Of a DNA stretch of 28,544 bases, positions 14,771-24,453 are shown piece by piece. Below the pieces are notes generated by a model. That model searched no databases and was not told the DNA's origin. It saw only the letters and a list, made by a program, of their open reading frames with translations. This DNA comes from a virus. Lineage: Duplodnaviria > Caudoviricetes. The stretch is from IMG/VR virus record IMGVR_UViG_3300031519_000158, positions 1-28,544 of that record. One strand, given 5' to 3'. A program made the position numbers and the translations under genes. Position 1 is the stretch's first letter. Each line of letters opens with the position of its first letter.

Positions 14771-16213
14771 ATGAAAATCACGCTTCGGGATTACCAGCAG
14801 AAATCTGTTGATGAAATCCGTTACGCCATGCAGTGCGGTCATCGCTCAGTGCTGTTTGTCTTGCCTACTGGCGGAGGAAAGACCGTCATTTTTTCCTACA
14901 TCACCGAATCAGCCGCAACCAAGGGAAACCGTGTTCTGATCTTGGTTCATCGTCAAGAGCTGGTTGAGCAAACATCTCGCACCCTTGCAGACATTGGCGT
15001 TGGTCACGGCATCATTGCCAACGGTTGGAAGCAAGACCTTTCCCATGGTGTTCAAGTCGCATCCGTTGCAACACTCGCTCGGCGGATGCACCGGCTTGAC
15101 CCAGCCTTCTTTCAGCTCATCGTCATCGATGAAGCTCATCATGCTGTTGCCGGCACATGGGAGGCGATCCTGGCTCACTTTGATAATGCAATGCGCTTAG
15201 GGGTTACTGCCACTCCTGAACGCTTAGACGGTCATGGCCTAGGCAGTATGTTTTCCATCATGATCGAAGGCCCGCAAGCCTTGGAGCTTCAAGAGGCTGG
15301 CCACATTGTGCCGGCAAAATATTTTGCGCACCCAGGCCACGAAGACAAAGTTCTGCCAACAAAAGGCGATGAATTTGATTTAGACGCCTTAGAGGAAGAA
15401 GCTCTGACCCGTAGGGCGCTCGATTCGCCCGTTAAGCAGTACAAAGCCAAGCTCAATGGTCAGACCGCTGTCGCGTTTTGCCTGACAATTGCTCACGCTG
15501 AAATGCTCGCCGATTCGTTTTGCATGGCAGGCATTCCATCCGTAGTGCTTGACGGCAAGCTTTCAAAAGCCGTCAGACGACAACGCCTTAAAGCGCTAGC
15601 AGAAGGGAAGATCAAGGTGATCACCAGCTGCATGGTTATCTCAGAAGGTTTTGACCTGCCAAGCGTTGGAGGCTGCCTCCTCGTTCGGCCAACAATGTCC
15701 CTAGCGCTACACCTGCAACAGATAGGCAGATGTTTGAGGCCAGCTCCTGGCAAAACTCACGCCACCATCATCGACATGGTTGGCAATACCAACCGCCACG
15801 GCTTTCACATCATCGAACGAGAATGGAGCCTTGCAGACAAAGAACGCAAAGAAACGCTTTCCGTAAAAGAATGCCCTGATTGCTACGCAATATTGCCAAT
15901 CAGTACAACGGTTTGCACTGAATGGGACAACGTTAAAGAACGAGAATGCGGCCATGTTTTTGGCAAAGGCCCCCGTGAACTTAAGCCTTTAGAAGAAGCC
16001 GGAGATGTGATCGTTGTTGAGTTGGATCAGAGCCAAATTCGTTTGAAACGTAGGTTTGAAGAACGCGAAGCCCGTACGCTGGAAGCTCTTCAAGAATTAG
16101 GCAGGCAGCGTGGATACAAACCAGGATGGGCCTACATCAAACACAAAGGACGCCAAATCAAACGAAGCTCTAGTTCAGCAACGGATTCGCTTGACTCTTG
16201 GTCGCGGCCATAG
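14771..16213 (+). CDS. Superfamily 2 DEAD/DEAH-box helicase
   Basis: LRDYQ, PTGGGKT, DEAHH, TATPER, EGFDLP, QQIGRCLR, C-terminal CPDC zinc motif and RGYKPGWA. Confidence 0.95.
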   Translation: MKITLRDYQQKSVDEIRYAMQCGHRSVLFVLPTGGGKTVIFSYITESAATKGNRVLILVHRQELVEQTSRTLADIGVGHGIIANGWKQDLSHGVQVASVATLARRMHRLDPAFFQLIVIDEAHHAVAGTWEAILAHFDNAMRLGVTATPERLDGHGLGSMFSIMIEGPQALELQEAGHIVPAKYFAHPGHEDKVLPTKGDEFDLDALEEEALTRRALDSPVKQYKAKLNGQTAVAFCLTIAHAEMLADSFCMAGIPSVVLDGKLSKAVRRQRLKALAEGKIKVITSCMVISEGFDLPSVGGCLLVRPTMSLALHLQQIGRCLRPAPGKTHATIIDMVGNTNRHGFHIIEREWSLADKERKETLSVKECPDCYAILPISTTVCTEWDNVKERECGHVFGKGPRELKPLEEAGDVIVVELDQSQIRLKRRFEEREARTLEALQELGRQRGYKPGWAYIKHKGRQIKRSSSSATDSLDSWSRP

Positions 16214-16520
16214 CCGCATCTTTCGTAATAACGTCGGCGCCTTAAAGGACAAGTCCGGGCGCCTAGTACGTTATGGCCTCCAAAAAGGCAGTTCAGATTT
16301 GATCGGTTGGACGACAAAAGAAATTAATGGTCAACGCATTGCCGTGTTCACTGCCATCGAAGTAAAAGACAAAGGCCGGCCTACACCCGAACAGCTCAAC
16401 TTCATCGCTCAGGTCAAAGCCGCAGGAGGAATCGCCGGGATCGCACGTTCCCCAGAGGAAGCCCTAGAGATTGTGAAGCAATACAACAGCGACCAAGGCG
16501 CAGCAGACCCGGCCCCGTAA
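16110..16520 (+). CDS. VRR-NUC domain nuclease
   Basis: FRNNVG, GSSDLIG, AIEVK..GRPTPEQLNF...GGIAGIARS. The start overlaps the helicase and is uncertain. Confidence 0.88.
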   Translation: MDTNQDGPTSNTKDAKSNEALVQQRIRLTLGRGHSRIFRNNVGALKDKSGRLVRYGLQKGSSDLIGWTTKEINGQRIAVFTAIEVKDKGRPTPEQLNFIAQVKAAGGIAGIARSPEEALEIVKQYNSDQGAADPAP

Positions 16521-16546
16521 CGTCGGCAGGCATTCCCCCTTCTGAC

Positions 16547-16768
16547 ATGGCACTGCGATCAGATCCCGCTCATCTTCTCAAAAAACTATTCAAAGACGCT
16601 CACAGCTGCGAACCCAGCTCCATCGCTGTTGCAATTGAATGGGCTCAAAATTTGCCCATGTGGGCCGAACATCAAATCAAATATCGGGGTTGGTCGTACC
16701 AAGCCACTGAGGCCACCGTTCGCGAAGCTCGCAGGCTTCTGAACCGTATCGAGGCCGTTGATCAGTGA
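16547..16768 (+). CDS. Hypothetical protein
   Basis: 73-aa ORF in operon context with a TAACGT box 23 nt upstream. Confidence 0.6.
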   Translation: MALRSDPAHLLKKLFKDAHSCEPSSIAVAIEWAQNLPMWAEHQIKYRGWSYQATEATVREARRLLNRIEAVDQ

Positions 16769-16926
16769 ATTGTCACAAGCTTTTGTTCTTCACGGTCTGC
16801 TGTCATATCCGCAGGCAGCCACGCCAATACGTTGAGGTGCGTGCCTACAGCCCGCAACATGCCAAACATCTTGCCTCGATTATTCACCCAAACGCTTCCT
16901 ATCGCATCGTTGTCCCTCACTTATGA
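16765..16926 (+). CDS. Small hypothetical protein (53 aa)
   Basis: GTGA overlap with the upstream stop and ATGA overlap with the primase start; fills the gap exactly. Confidence 0.55.
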   Translation: MNCHKLLFFTVCCHIRRQPRQYVEVRAYSPQHAKHLASIIHPNASYRIVVPHL

Positions 16927-19433
16927 CCCCTGACATCAACAAAGCTGCTGAAGGCCGCTGGCCTGAGCTGCTGTCCTCTATTGCTGGTATCACCGCTAAA
17001 CAGCTCACAAATGAACACCAGCCCTGCCCCCTATGTGGCGGAAAAGATCGTTATCGATTCGATGATGTAGACGGCTCCGGCTCTTGGTACTGCAATCAAT
17101 GCGGCGGCAAACACCATTCAGGTGGTGGTGGCAATGGCATGACCCTATTGATTCGTAAAACTGGAATGAGCTTCAAAGAGGCCGCGCAAAAAATTGAGCA
17201 GCATCTTGGCCTCAGCGCACCGCCATCAGATCCGCCGACGCAAGGCGCTGAACTCGTTCATCACTACTCCCAGACATTCATCATCTGCCGCTTCCCCAAT
17301 AAAAAGATCCGCCCCCTTACTTGGGTCAACAACAAATGGAATTGGAAGGCCCCAGAAGGAATCCGGCCCCTCCTCCTCTCCCATCAGCTACACACCCGGC
17401 CTGATGCTGGCGTCCTAATCGTGGAAGGCGAAAAAACCTATGACGCAGCCTGCAAGCTGTTCCCCTCCTCCATCGTCTGCACTTGGTCCGGTGGCTCCTC
17501 CGCCATCACAAAATCAAACTGGGCAGCACTAAAAGATAGACGTGTTGCAATCTGGCCTGACAATGACGCTGCAGGCCGCAAAGCAGCCGACAAAATCGCC
17601 AACACACTGCACGATCTCGGCTGCACCTCAATTAGCGAGATCCCCTCACCGCCAGATGCCCCATCAGCTTGGGATTTAGCTGACGCCACTGACTGGACTT
17701 CAGCCCAAGCTCTTGACCATGTAAAACAAAATCGACAACAAAAAAGCTGGGGCATCACTCCCAGCTCAACACCCAACTCAACAAAGGAGGCGCCCAAACC
17801 CCCTCAAGAAACTAGCACCGGCCACTTTCAACTGCTCGGTTATGACTCCCAAGGCGGCTACTACTACCAACCATCAAGAGATGGCCTGATCAAACGCATC
17901 TCAACGCAGTCGCATACTGCGACCATGCTCACAAGCCTCGCCTCTGAATCATATTGGGCCACCATTTACCCCGGCAGGAATGACAACGGTGTCAACTGGA
18001 CATCAGCTGCCTCAGCACTTTTTGAACAGCAAGCAGCTGTTGGGATGTTTGACCCTGGCCGCATCCGTGGCCGTGGCGCATGGCGTGATGCAAATCGAAC
18101 CATCATTCACCTCGGTGATCGCCTCCTAGTTGATGGCACACCTAAACCCATCACCAAGCCAATAGTCAGTCGTTATCGCTATCAGCACCTAGTACGTATC
18201 GATGGTGCCGACGGCCTGCCCCCACTTAGCGACGATTACGCAGCTCAAATCGGCAATATCGCCAAGCGCTTTCATTGGTCAAACCCCCTTTACGGTGCGC
18301 TCATCGCTGGCTGGATTGTTACGGCCCCGATCTGCGGTGCTCTTCGCTGGCGGCCACATATCTGGCTAACAGCAGGCAGCGGCAGCGGCAAATCTGAATT
18401 TCTTACCCGATTCCTTACGCCCCTGCTTGATGAAATGGCCCTATCAGTTGAAGGTGGCACATCTGAAGCCGGCATCCGTCAACAGCTCGGTACTGATGCT
18501 TTGCCCGTGATCCTTGATGAAGCCGAATCCAACGAAAAAGCAGACGCTCAACGAATGCAAAACATCCTGGCCTTAGCCCGTGTTGCAAGTTCTGAATCCA
18601 GATCCGCATTAATCAAAGGATCACCCGGTGGCGTAACTCAATCCTACAAAGTCCGCTCAATGTTTTTCTTGTCATCGATCGGCACCGCACTAAAACAAAA
18701 CGCTGATCGCAACAGATTTGTCGAAATTTCGATGCAATCGCCGCATGAAATGGACCCTGAAACACGCCGCAAACATTGGGAGGCCCTAGACGCTGATCTC
18801 GCCAAATACATCACCCCAGAGATTGGTCAACAATTAATGGCACGCACATTCACTATGCTTCCAACAATTTTGGAAAGCACCGAAGCCTTTACCCGTGCAG
18901 CAACAAAACATTTTGGCAGCTCTAGAACCGGCGATCAGTACGGCCCTCTTTTGGCTGGGGCCTACTCACTAATCGATAGCGAAGCGCCTACGACTGAAAC
19001 CGCTGAGCTTTTCCTGGCCCAGCTGCAGTGGAATGATGACCACCGCGATCATGGCCCATCAGATGAGCGCAACTGCCTCAGCAAGATCCTGCAGCACCCC
19101 GTCAGGGCTGAGGCCGGCGATCGCTCATACACCCGCACCGTGGGTGAACTGATCGACATCTGCCTAGGCCATAAAACTGACGTTGACGTGACCGCCACAC
19201 CGGCTAATTCAGCACTCCTCAGGCTTGGCATTCGCGTCGAAAAGGATGACCGCGAGATCTGCATCTCCAACACCGCTGAGGGCATCCGATCGATCCTCAA
19301 AGCCACTCAATGGGAAAATTGTTGGCCTCTGACCCTTGCCCGACTGCCTGGTTCATCCAAAAAGAAGCCGATGCGATTCACAGGGGCCGGCAGCATCGCC
19401 AGATCGATAGCAGTTGACGTTGAGGCGCTTTAG
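16923..19433 (+). CDS. Primase-helicase (P4-alpha-type Zn ribbon + TOPRIM + C-terminal P-loop ATPase)
   Basis: HQPCPLCGGKDRYRFDD...WYCNQCG, IVEGEKT, IWPDNDAAG, WDLAD, Walker A AGSGSGKS and Walker B VILDEAE. Confidence 0.92.
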   Translation: MTPDINKAAEGRWPELLSSIAGITAKQLTNEHQPCPLCGGKDRYRFDDVDGSGSWYCNQCGGKHHSGGGGNGMTLLIRKTGMSFKEAAQKIEQHLGLSAPPSDPPTQGAELVHHYSQTFIICRFPNKKIRPLTWVNNKWNWKAPEGIRPLLLSHQLHTRPDAGVLIVEGEKTYDAACKLFPSSIVCTWSGGSSAITKSNWAALKDRRVAIWPDNDAAGRKAADKIANTLHDLGCTSISEIPSPPDAPSAWDLADATDWTSAQALDHVKQNRQQKSWGITPSSTPNSTKEAPKPPQETSTGHFQLLGYDSQGGYYYQPSRDGLIKRISTQSHTATMLTSLASESYWATIYPGRNDNGVNWTSAASALFEQQAAVGMFDPGRIRGRGAWRDANRTIIHLGDRLLVDGTPKPITKPIVSRYRYQHLVRIDGADGLPPLSDDYAAQIGNIAKRFHWSNPLYGALIAGWIVTAPICGALRWRPHIWLTAGSGSGKSEFLTRFLTPLLDEMALSVEGGTSEAGIRQQLGTDALPVILDEAESNEKADAQRMQNILALARVASSESRSALIKGSPGGVTQSYKVRSMFFLSSIGTALKQNADRNRFVEISMQSPHEMDPETRRKHWEALDADLAKYITPEIGQQLMARTFTMLPTILESTEAFTRAATKHFGSSRTGDQYGPLLAGAYSLIDSEAPTTETAELFLAQLQWNDDHRDHGPSDERNCLSKILQHPVRAEAGDRSYTRTVGELIDICLGHKTDVDVTATPANSALLRLGIRVEKDDREICISNTAEGIRSILKATQWENCWPLTLARLPGSSKKKPMRFTGAGSIARSIAVDVEAL

Positions 19434-19440
19434 TTTTTCG

Positions 19441-19752
19441 GATAACTTCCCTCCAAAACCGTTACTCCCTGTTACCCCCTTGCGCCGCAAGGGGTTTGCT
19501 GTTACAGGGCGTAACAAGCGGAAACAAGTGGCAAAAACGCTGTAACCCGCTGCGCTGCAACGGATCTCGGCAAAAGTAACAGCGTAACGCTTGGAAGGGG
19601 ATAAATATATATAGATACTTAGATAGAAACAGACATATCTATATGTCTATAAATAAATAAACCTCTATATAAATAGATTTATTTGTTACAGCGTCACATT
19701 TGAGTAATAGCAAGGGGTTTGAACCCGTAACCAAAAAAAACAGGCGTAACCG
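19441..19752. other. Putative replication origin: GTTAC/GTAAC iterons around an AT-rich core
   Basis: GTTAC at 19461, 19471, 19501, 19685; GTAAC at 19511, 19542, 19576, 19584, 19727, 19746. AT-rich 19601-19684. Palindromes 19476-19494 and 19631-19648. Directly after the primase. Confidence 0.7.
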
Positions 19753-19819
19753 TTGCCAAGGCCCTGCCTAGGCGCTATGTTTTGGGCACGCCAGAGATGG
19801 CACCCCTCGCTTGAGATTC

Positions 19820-20023
19820 ATGGCCGCAACCAAAACCGCCACGACTTGGGATCTGGTCTGCTCCGCAAATCAGCACCTCGATTCCCGCAGCGCCAACGCA
19901 CGCATCAACCAGTTTTTCCCTGGTTGGTATGAGCTGATCACAAGCTCCGGCGTTCGGATTGGCCACAAAATGGACGACCAAGCCGTAAGAGCGTTTATCA
20001 ATCAGGCCGTCTTCGCTGCTTGA
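19820..20023 (+). CDS. Hypothetical protein
   Basis: MAATKTATTWDLVCSANQHL...; ATG 19820 or TTG 19811. Confidence 0.5.
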   Translation: MAATKTATTWDLVCSANQHLDSRSANARINQFFPGWYELITSSGVRIGHKMDDQAVRAFINQAVFAA

Positions 20024-20157
20024 ACGCTCTGAGAGGGGCCTAGGAGCCCCTGCAACAGGCCGGGAAGCCTGACTGCATACAAGACCCTCAAGAGGGAAAA
20101 ACAGGGCAGCTGTAGGGGCTGATCCATCTCCCGGTCATTCACACCCCTGAAAATCAA
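20024..20157 (+). ncRNA. Candidate structured intergenic RNA
   Basis: Cluster of hairpins (20034-20051, 20056-20071, 20085-20096, 20114-20148) and a possible pseudoknot 20060-20065/20129-20134. Confidence 0.4.
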
Positions 20158-20499
20158 ATGTCAATCAACTGCCCAAACTGCGGGAAACCCGTCATCCGCA
20201 CCACATGCACACGGCGCAAAGGTGACACCCGTATTCGTTACCGTCGATGCCCCGCCTGCGACCATCCTTTCAGGACTGAGCAAACAATCACCCCTGAAAT
20301 CGTTATGAATAGGAAGCGTGTTTGCACAACGCCGCATAATGCAAAACTTCAGCCCTTTGAAGTTGCTGACATCAAAAAGTTTTTGCAAAATAATATCTAC
20401 ACCCCATATCAACTTGCCCTTCAATACGATGTTTCTCTCAGCGCTATTCAGCACATTCGCAAAGGCGAAACCTGGAAGAGCGTTGAACCTGCTCTATAA
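20158..20499 (+). CDS. Zinc-ribbon (Ogr/NrdR-N-like) plus C-terminal HTH protein, putative transcriptional regulator
   Basis: CPNCG...RYRRCPACDHPFRT and AKL...V..IK...LALQYDVSLSAIQHIRKGETWK. Confidence 0.75.
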   Translation: MSINCPNCGKPVIRTTCTRRKGDTRIRYRRCPACDHPFRTEQTITPEIVMNRKRVCTTPHNAKLQPFEVADIKKFLQNNIYTPYQLALQYDVSLSAIQHIRKGETWKSVEPAL

Positions 20500-20521
20500 T
20501 GTCTCCCAATAGTAGGTTAAA

Positions 20522-21001
20522 ATGGCAAACTTAAGGCGGCGACATTACAAACTAAACTCAAAAGTAATTGAAGCCGTTCGCCATCTCGCAGAATATGGCG
20601 CAGCTCTAGAACACATCGCCGCTGCAGTTGGTGTTAGTTATGCAGCCTTAAAGCAGTGGATTGGCAATGCAAAAGGCCCTAGCCCTACTGAAGAAGAAAT
20701 AGCTCTTCTGGATGCTCTTAATGAAGGTCGTGCAGCTGGTGCCCATAAATTTATAAATATCATCACAAGTTGTGCGCAAGATGGTGATAGCAAATCAGCG
20801 CAATGGATGCTTACTCATAGTCCGTCATATCGCAAGCACTACAGCGACAATGCCGCCGTCACACGCGCAAGAAATGAAGGCATTGAAGCTGCCGTATCAG
20901 CCATCGCTGAGGCAAACCTCACGCCAGAGCAAGAGCGCACCGTTCTGCTTCGCATTCAGGCCAAAACCGGTCAAGAGTTAGTGCCAAGTGAAGAGGGATA
21001 A
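20522..21001 (+). CDS. terS: Terminase small subunit (putative)
   Basis: N-terminal HTH (LEHIAAAVGVSYAALKQW) and SAQWML; overlaps the TerL start. Confidence 0.7.
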   Translation: MANLRRRHYKLNSKVIEAVRHLAEYGAALEHIAAAVGVSYAALKQWIGNAKGPSPTEEEIALLDALNEGRAAGAHKFINIITSCAQDGDSKSAQWMLTHSPSYRKHYSDNAAVTRARNEGIEAAVSAIAEANLTPEQERTVLLRIQAKTGQELVPSEEG

Positions 21002-22394
21002 CCCAATACTTGCCAGGCTGGCAGAACTGCAGACTGAGGCGGTAGGCAGCCGTTCGGCATTGGCTGATGTTGACGACCTTTTGCAACGCATCGCGGCCAC
21101 GCTTAACGCTGGTCAGCTCAGCGCATTTGAGGTAGAGCGCTTGAGCGCTATCGCTGCATCACAAGGCGGATCACCTAACAGCATCCCTGAAATCGGCATC
21201 AGCGCCGGTTATGGCAGCGGCAAGACTTATTGCGCTCATGCGGTTGCCGTAAAGATGGCCGCCTTGAACCAAGGCTTTGTCGGCTGTGTGATGGAACCAA
21301 CCAGCGATATGGTGCGCAGAATTTGGGCGCCAAAGTTTGAAGATTTTTTAGATAGTTTTGGCATTCCATACACCCCACGAGTGGCGCCGTATGTAAGTCA
21401 TACTTTGCATTTTCCTGGCGGTGATTCAACAATCCTTGGCCTGTCGTTTGAAAATTATCAACGCATCGTTGGTGATGACTGGGCCTTCGCAATCATCGAT
21501 GAGGTTGATACTGCGAAAGCCTCAATCGCTCAGCGTGCTTATGACAAGATCCTGGGCCGTATCAGGGTCGGAAACTTCAACCAGCTCCACTGCTACTCAA
21601 CGCCAGAGGGCTTTGGGTTCCATTACCAAACTTTCGGCACTGATGCAGCACGGGAGGGCAAGCGCCGAGCGCTGCTGAGGATGAAGACGGCAGATAATGC
21701 CCATAACCTCCGGCCTGGTTTCGTCGATGACCTGCTGAGCCGTTACACCCAAGAGCAATGCCGGGCTTACCTAGAAGGCGTATACCAGAACCTGGCGACG
21801 GGCACGGTCTATGACAGGTTTGACCGGGCTAAGCACGTCTCAGGCGTTGATGATGATCCACTGGCTGAGGAGCCGCTGAGAATTGGCATTGATTTCAATG
21901 TGGGCAATATGAACGCAGTGGTCGCGATCCGGTCAGGCAATGCCCTGCATTTCATCGATGAGATCAGCCAGGCGCACGATACTGATGCCCTGGCACAAGA
22001 GATTTGCGCTCGTTACCCAGGCCGGACGCTTTACGGCTACCCCGATGCCTCAGGTGGCAACCGCTCGACTAATGCGACCAAAACTGATCTGGAGATATTG
22101 GCCAGTTATGGCATCAGCAACCAATCGCCTAAGGCCAATCCCAGGGTCGCTGATCGGGTTTCTGCTCTGCAAGGTGCTTTGGAGAACGGGAAAGGTGAAA
22201 TCAGGATCCAGATCAACCCACGATGCAAAAAGCTGATCGAATGCCTAGAGCTGCAGGCATATAACGAGCGGCAGGAGCCAGACAAAGAATCTGGCCATGA
22301 TCACATGAACGACGCGGCAGGGTATCTCGTATGGCGTGAGCTGAACCCACTGCATCGCAGGGCTGGCCGTGGCACCGGGATTAGACTGTACTAA
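20988..22394 (+). CDS. terL: Terminase large subunit
   Basis: Walker A AGYGSGKT, Walker B IIDEVD, motif III STPEG, nuclease IGIDFN and DHMNDA. Confidence 0.95.
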   Translation: MKRDNPILARLAELQTEAVGSRSALADVDDLLQRIAATLNAGQLSAFEVERLSAIAASQGGSPNSIPEIGISAGYGSGKTYCAHAVAVKMAALNQGFVGCVMEPTSDMVRRIWAPKFEDFLDSFGIPYTPRVAPYVSHTLHFPGGDSTILGLSFENYQRIVGDDWAFAIIDEVDTAKASIAQRAYDKILGRIRVGNFNQLHCYSTPEGFGFHYQTFGTDAAREGKRRALLRMKTADNAHNLRPGFVDDLLSRYTQEQCRAYLEGVYQNLATGTVYDRFDRAKHVSGVDDDPLAEEPLRIGIDFNVGNMNAVVAIRSGNALHFIDEISQAHDTDALAQEICARYPGRTLYGYPDASGGNRSTNATKTDLEILASYGISNQSPKANPRVADRVSALQGALENGKGEIRIQINPRCKKLIECLELQAYNERQEPDKESGHDHMNDAAGYLVWRELNPLHRRAGRGTGIRLY

Positions 22395-22408
22395 CGAAAC
22401 ATTGAACA

Positions 22409-24220
22409 ATGGCAAAGCGCGGCGGCGGATCTGGCAGGAAGTACGTCCGCGACTCAATCGGGCGTTTTGCGTCTAAGGGTTTTAGCGGTCAGACGGGAGG
22501 CCGTGGCGCACGGCTGAAAGCTAAGGGCAAGAAACGCGACGGTGGCGGGGCAATCGTCAAGCCAAGCAGGATCGGTGAGATGAAAAACACCATCTCAAAG
22601 TCGAGTTCAAAGCGGAAGGTCAACGCAAGCAGCAGGGCCACTGACCGCCAAATCGCAAGAGATGTAGCAGCACGATCAAAGCCGACATCAGCACGGACAA
22701 GCAAGGGGCCAACCAATAAGGCAAAAGTTGCTTACAAGCGTGCCAGCGGTGACGCTCGGATGAGGAATGCAGACCTGAGAGGCGCAGATGCTAAGGAGCG
22801 GCGGATGGCCAATAGCGCGTCAGCCAAGGTCAAGAATATGCAGCGCCGCAGATCGGCATCAACACCTAAAGCAGGCGCAGACGCTCCACGCAGCAAGCAA
22901 AAAGCAAGGGAGCTTGCACGGGTCAAAAGGGCTTCCAGCAACGAAAGGAAAGCCTATGCAGCTAGGGGCGACGGGGCTGGTACTGCTAAACAATCCCGCA
23001 GCGCATCTGTTGCAAAGCGTGCCCAAGATATTTACAGCGGCAAGATCAGCGCATCGAAGAAAACCACATCAAGACTTACCCGCACACAAAACCCTGATGT
23101 TTTGAGGGCGAGGATCAAGAAAGGCGAGAAGCTTACGGCAGCACGCGCTAAAAAAAAAAGCGTAACGGCCAATAGCGCACGGGCTACCGGCAAGCTGACC
23201 AGGCCCGTCGCTCAAGGCAACATCAGACGGACTGGCGGCAGGCTTGGCCCTAAAAACACGATCAAGCCGGGGCCGAAGTCACCGCGCACCAAGATGAATC
23301 GTGCGATCGATAATGTGATCAAAAAGGGCAAAGCCCTAAAGGGATCGGCTGACAAGTTGCGCGGTGTAAAGAAGCAGGCTGATGCACTGCGGGGCCGGAT
23401 GCTTAAAGAAGACAAGGGCCGATTGGGCAAGGCGCTATCAAAACCGTCAGTAACGGATAAGCGCAGCCGAGATTATGGCGGGCGGTTGACGAAAGGAGCA
23501 CGGGGCCAGGATCCAGCAACTGGCGGGAAGAAAGGCAAGGCCAAACCAGCCGCAGCAAAGCCAGCAGCAGCAAAGACAAAGCTCAAGCGGTCAGGGCAAA
23601 AAATCAGGGTAAATAGTTTGGCGACCAATAAAGAGCAGGGGCGCAAAGGCATCGCAAGCATGTCATCGCGGGCCAAAGCAGCCCGAAAAGGTGATGTTGC
23701 CGAAAGGAAGTCGGGAAGAATGAGCAGAATTGCTGAAAGGCAGTCTGAAATCGTCGCAAGACGCCAAGGCCGGAGGGCTAGCAATTACAACCCCGATGGA
23801 ACTTTTAATCAATCAACAGCTAACGCAAACCAGCGCAGGCTCGGTCGGTCGAAACAGCTGCAAGAAAAGCTCAGATCTGCGGGTGGCGGTAAAAACATTG
23901 CATCAAAAGCGCTATCTAAAGGCCGGAAACCAGCAGCAGCGAAACCAGCCGCAGCGAAGCGCCGTGGAGCGGTGGGCAAGATCAGCGAGGCAAAAGCTGG
24001 CCGGATCGTGGCGAGGATGGATGCACAACGCGGACGAAAGGCGCTGCCTGGCAGACGTAACGCAAATTTCGTAAGGACAGCCGAAAGGCGGTCTCAGTTC
24101 ATCCTGAAGCCTGCGGCAACTGCTCGCAACAAAGGGAAGGCAATCAGCGTCAATGAATCGGTGCAGAAGGCTGTCTCTAATGCCGCCAAACGCCGGAAGC
24201 CTAAACGTCGCAGGAGCTGA
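22409..24220 (+). CDS. Very basic low-complexity protein (603 aa), possible DNA-condensing/core protein
   Basis: K/R/A/G/S-rich throughout. N-terminal YVRDSIGRFAS and two KPAAAKPAAAK repeats (23543-23575, 23927-23959). Own -10 box and downstream terminator. Confidence 0.8.
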   Translation: MAKRGGGSGRKYVRDSIGRFASKGFSGQTGGRGARLKAKGKKRDGGGAIVKPSRIGEMKNTISKSSSKRKVNASSRATDRQIARDVAARSKPTSARTSKGPTNKAKVAYKRASGDARMRNADLRGADAKERRMANSASAKVKNMQRRRSASTPKAGADAPRSKQKARELARVKRASSNERKAYAARGDGAGTAKQSRSASVAKRAQDIYSGKISASKKTTSRLTRTQNPDVLRARIKKGEKLTAARAKKKSVTANSARATGKLTRPVAQGNIRRTGGRLGPKNTIKPGPKSPRTKMNRAIDNVIKKGKALKGSADKLRGVKKQADALRGRMLKEDKGRLGKALSKPSVTDKRSRDYGGRLTKGARGQDPATGGKKGKAKPAAAKPAAAKTKLKRSGQKIRVNSLATNKEQGRKGIASMSSRAKAARKGDVAERKSGRMSRIAERQSEIVARRQGRRASNYNPDGTFNQSTANANQRRLGRSKQLQEKLRSAGGGKNIASKALSKGRKPAAAKPAAAKRRGAVGKISEAKAGRIVARMDAQRGRKALPGRRNANFVRTAERRSQFILKPAATARNKGKAISVNESVQKAVSNAAKRRKPKRRRS

Positions 24221-24253
24221 CCTGCTACGATTTTTCATTCATAGGTTCCCCAG

Positions 24254-24284
24254 ACCTCACTCCTTGCAGGGAGTGGGGTTTTTT
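24254..24284 (+). terminator. Rho-independent terminator
   Basis: CCTCACTCCT-TGCA-GGGAGTGGGG stem (two G-U pairs) followed by TTTTTT. Confidence 0.75.
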
Positions 24285-24453
24285 AATGCTTATAAGCCGC
24301 AGCTGCTTTTCGTGCATTTGCCTGCCGCAGCTGCTTACGGTGCGATTCCACCAAGTGATACGACGACACGTTGCAGCAGCTGGTGATCCCTTCCTCTGTC
24401 AGGCACACCCTCACGCAATCGTCTGCGGTGGCGCTTACGTCTAGATCGTCCAT
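24283..24453 (-). CDS. Small hypothetical protein (56 aa)
   Basis: MDDLDVSATADDCVRVCLTEEGITSCCNVSSYHLVESHRKQLRQANARKAAAAYKH*. GAGG just upstream and a TAACTT box 22 nt upstream. Confidence 0.6.
   Translation of the reverse strand: MDDLDVSATADDCVRVCLTEEGITSCCNVSSYHLVESHRKQLRQANARKAAAAYKH

Noticed and set aside
19117-19124. HIP1 octamer GCGATCGC
   Set aside because: I noticed only an isolated copy, with no enrichment, so it is uninformative.
19441-19752. CRISPR-like mini-array
   Set aside because: Repeats are only 5 bp, in both orientations and irregularly spaced. This fits iterons, not CRISPR.
23150-23159. A10 homopolymer as a phase-variation switch
   Set aside because: Explained by consecutive Lys codons in a Lys-rich protein. 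The frame is intact and there is no evidence of slippage without reads.
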